A stretch of 64,000 nucleotides of DNA, from positions 88,346 through 152,345 of the forward strand of contig CAZJQC010000001.1 of NCBI GenBank assembly GCA_964548195.1. The letters run 5' to 3'. The DNA comes from an uncultured bacterium. GTDB lineage: Bacteria > Macinerneyibacteriota > Macinerneyibacteria > Macinerneyibacteriales > DSCS01. How positions within the stretch are numbered: the first letter of the stretch is position 1; each line of letters starts with the position of its first letter. Below the pieces are notes generated by a model that was not told the DNA's origin, did no database searches, and worked only from the letters and a program-made list of their open reading frames with translations. Of this stretch, positions 63,167 to 64,000 are shown one piece after another. The translations under genes and the position numbers were made by a program.

Positions 63167-64000
63167 ATGCATACTGCTTTACCTTGAGACGCCTCATGAT
63201 CAGGGCGATACCGGTGAGCGGGTAAAAGAGATGGTCTCGCTTGTGCGCACGCGCGGCGGCGAGGTCATAGAGACGTTCAGGCAGGCGCGGGACAACCCCG
63301 ATCCGGCTATCTATTTCGGAAAGGGAAAGGTGGAAGAGATCAGCATGTTTCTCGAGAACTTCCCCGATGTCGTGAACGTGGTCGTGGACGGCTTTCTTAC
63401 GCCTGTGCAGCAGAGAAACCTTGAATCGGAATTTGAGCGTACGGTGATCGACAGAGAAGAACTGATACTTGAGATCTTTGCATTGCATGCGATGACGCGG
63501 GAGGCAAAACTGCAGGTCGAGCTGGCCGAACTGGAATACCTGCTGCCTAGACTGCGCAACCTTTGGCCGCATCTTACGGGCCAGCAGGGCGGGTTCAACT
63601 TCCGCGGGCCCGGAGAGACACAGCTTGAGACAGACCGAAGGGCCATCACAAGGCGCATAGCCATGCTGAAGGATAAGCTGCGCCACATAGAAAGAGTCCG
63701 AGCGACACAGCGCAAGGGACGTTCCGGCACCTACAAAGTCTCCATCGTGGGGTATACAAACGCGGGCAAGTCCTCGCTGTTGAGCGAATTGTCGGGAAAA
63801 GGGCTTTATGTGGAGGACAAACTCTTCGCCACACTGGATACGGCCACGAAAAAAGTATATATAGAAGACTGCGGCACGGTGCTGTTTTCAGACACCGTAG
63901 GTTTTATAAGGAACCTTCCCCATCACCTTGTGGCTTCTTTCAAATCCACACTGGAAGAGTTGAAATACGCGGACCTTGTCATGGAAGTGGTGGATGTCTC
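63156..64000 (+). CDS. hflX: GTPase HflX (3' end truncated by the window edge; missing from the ORF track for that reason)
   Basis: Translated by eye: MEDKCILLYLETPH..., HflX N-domain, then G1 VSIVGYTNAGKSSLL and G3 DTVGF motifs. Confidence 0.85.

Overview
Replication-origin neighbourhood of a mid-GC bacterial chromosome. An AT-rich, strongly C-depleted gap (12488..13024) carries one perfect and about six near-perfect DnaA boxes, sits just upstream of dnaA-dnaN-recF, and marks the point where gene orientation flips: priA, murI, a polysaccharide-sugar locus and four tRNA-Ser genes are on the minus strand to its left, and most genes are on the plus strand to its right. Core gene order is Firmicutes-like (pheST-zapBA, rny-ymdB, folD-xseAB...ispA, rpiB-glyA, pdxR/pdxST), yet an outer-membrane beta-barrel protein is encoded, so a diderm lineage is likely. 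I cannot name the organism. Other content: a two-component system immediately after recF/DUF721 where gyrB usually sits; a 6.6 kb nucleotide-sugar/glycosyltransferase locus bracketed by tRNA-Ser genes that share a 27-bp 3' end; S9, M20 and M1 peptidases, a P5C dehydrogenase, PBP1A, IMPDH, and an unassigned 450-aa protein in a dCMP-deaminase-nrdR operon. I found no CRISPR array, integrase, transposase or recognisable defence-system genes. The most unusual items are regulatory or architectural: a 13-bp perfect inverted repeat spanning the putative Shine-Dalgarno element of the P5C dehydrogenase gene; a ribbon-helix-helix protein leading the pheST operon; a possible structured RNA between zapA and rny; a PTS-EIIA-like protein coupled to a cation antiporter; and an M1 peptidase fused to a polytopic membrane domain. 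All assignments rest on motifs read directly from the ORF translations. Nothing was run against a database.
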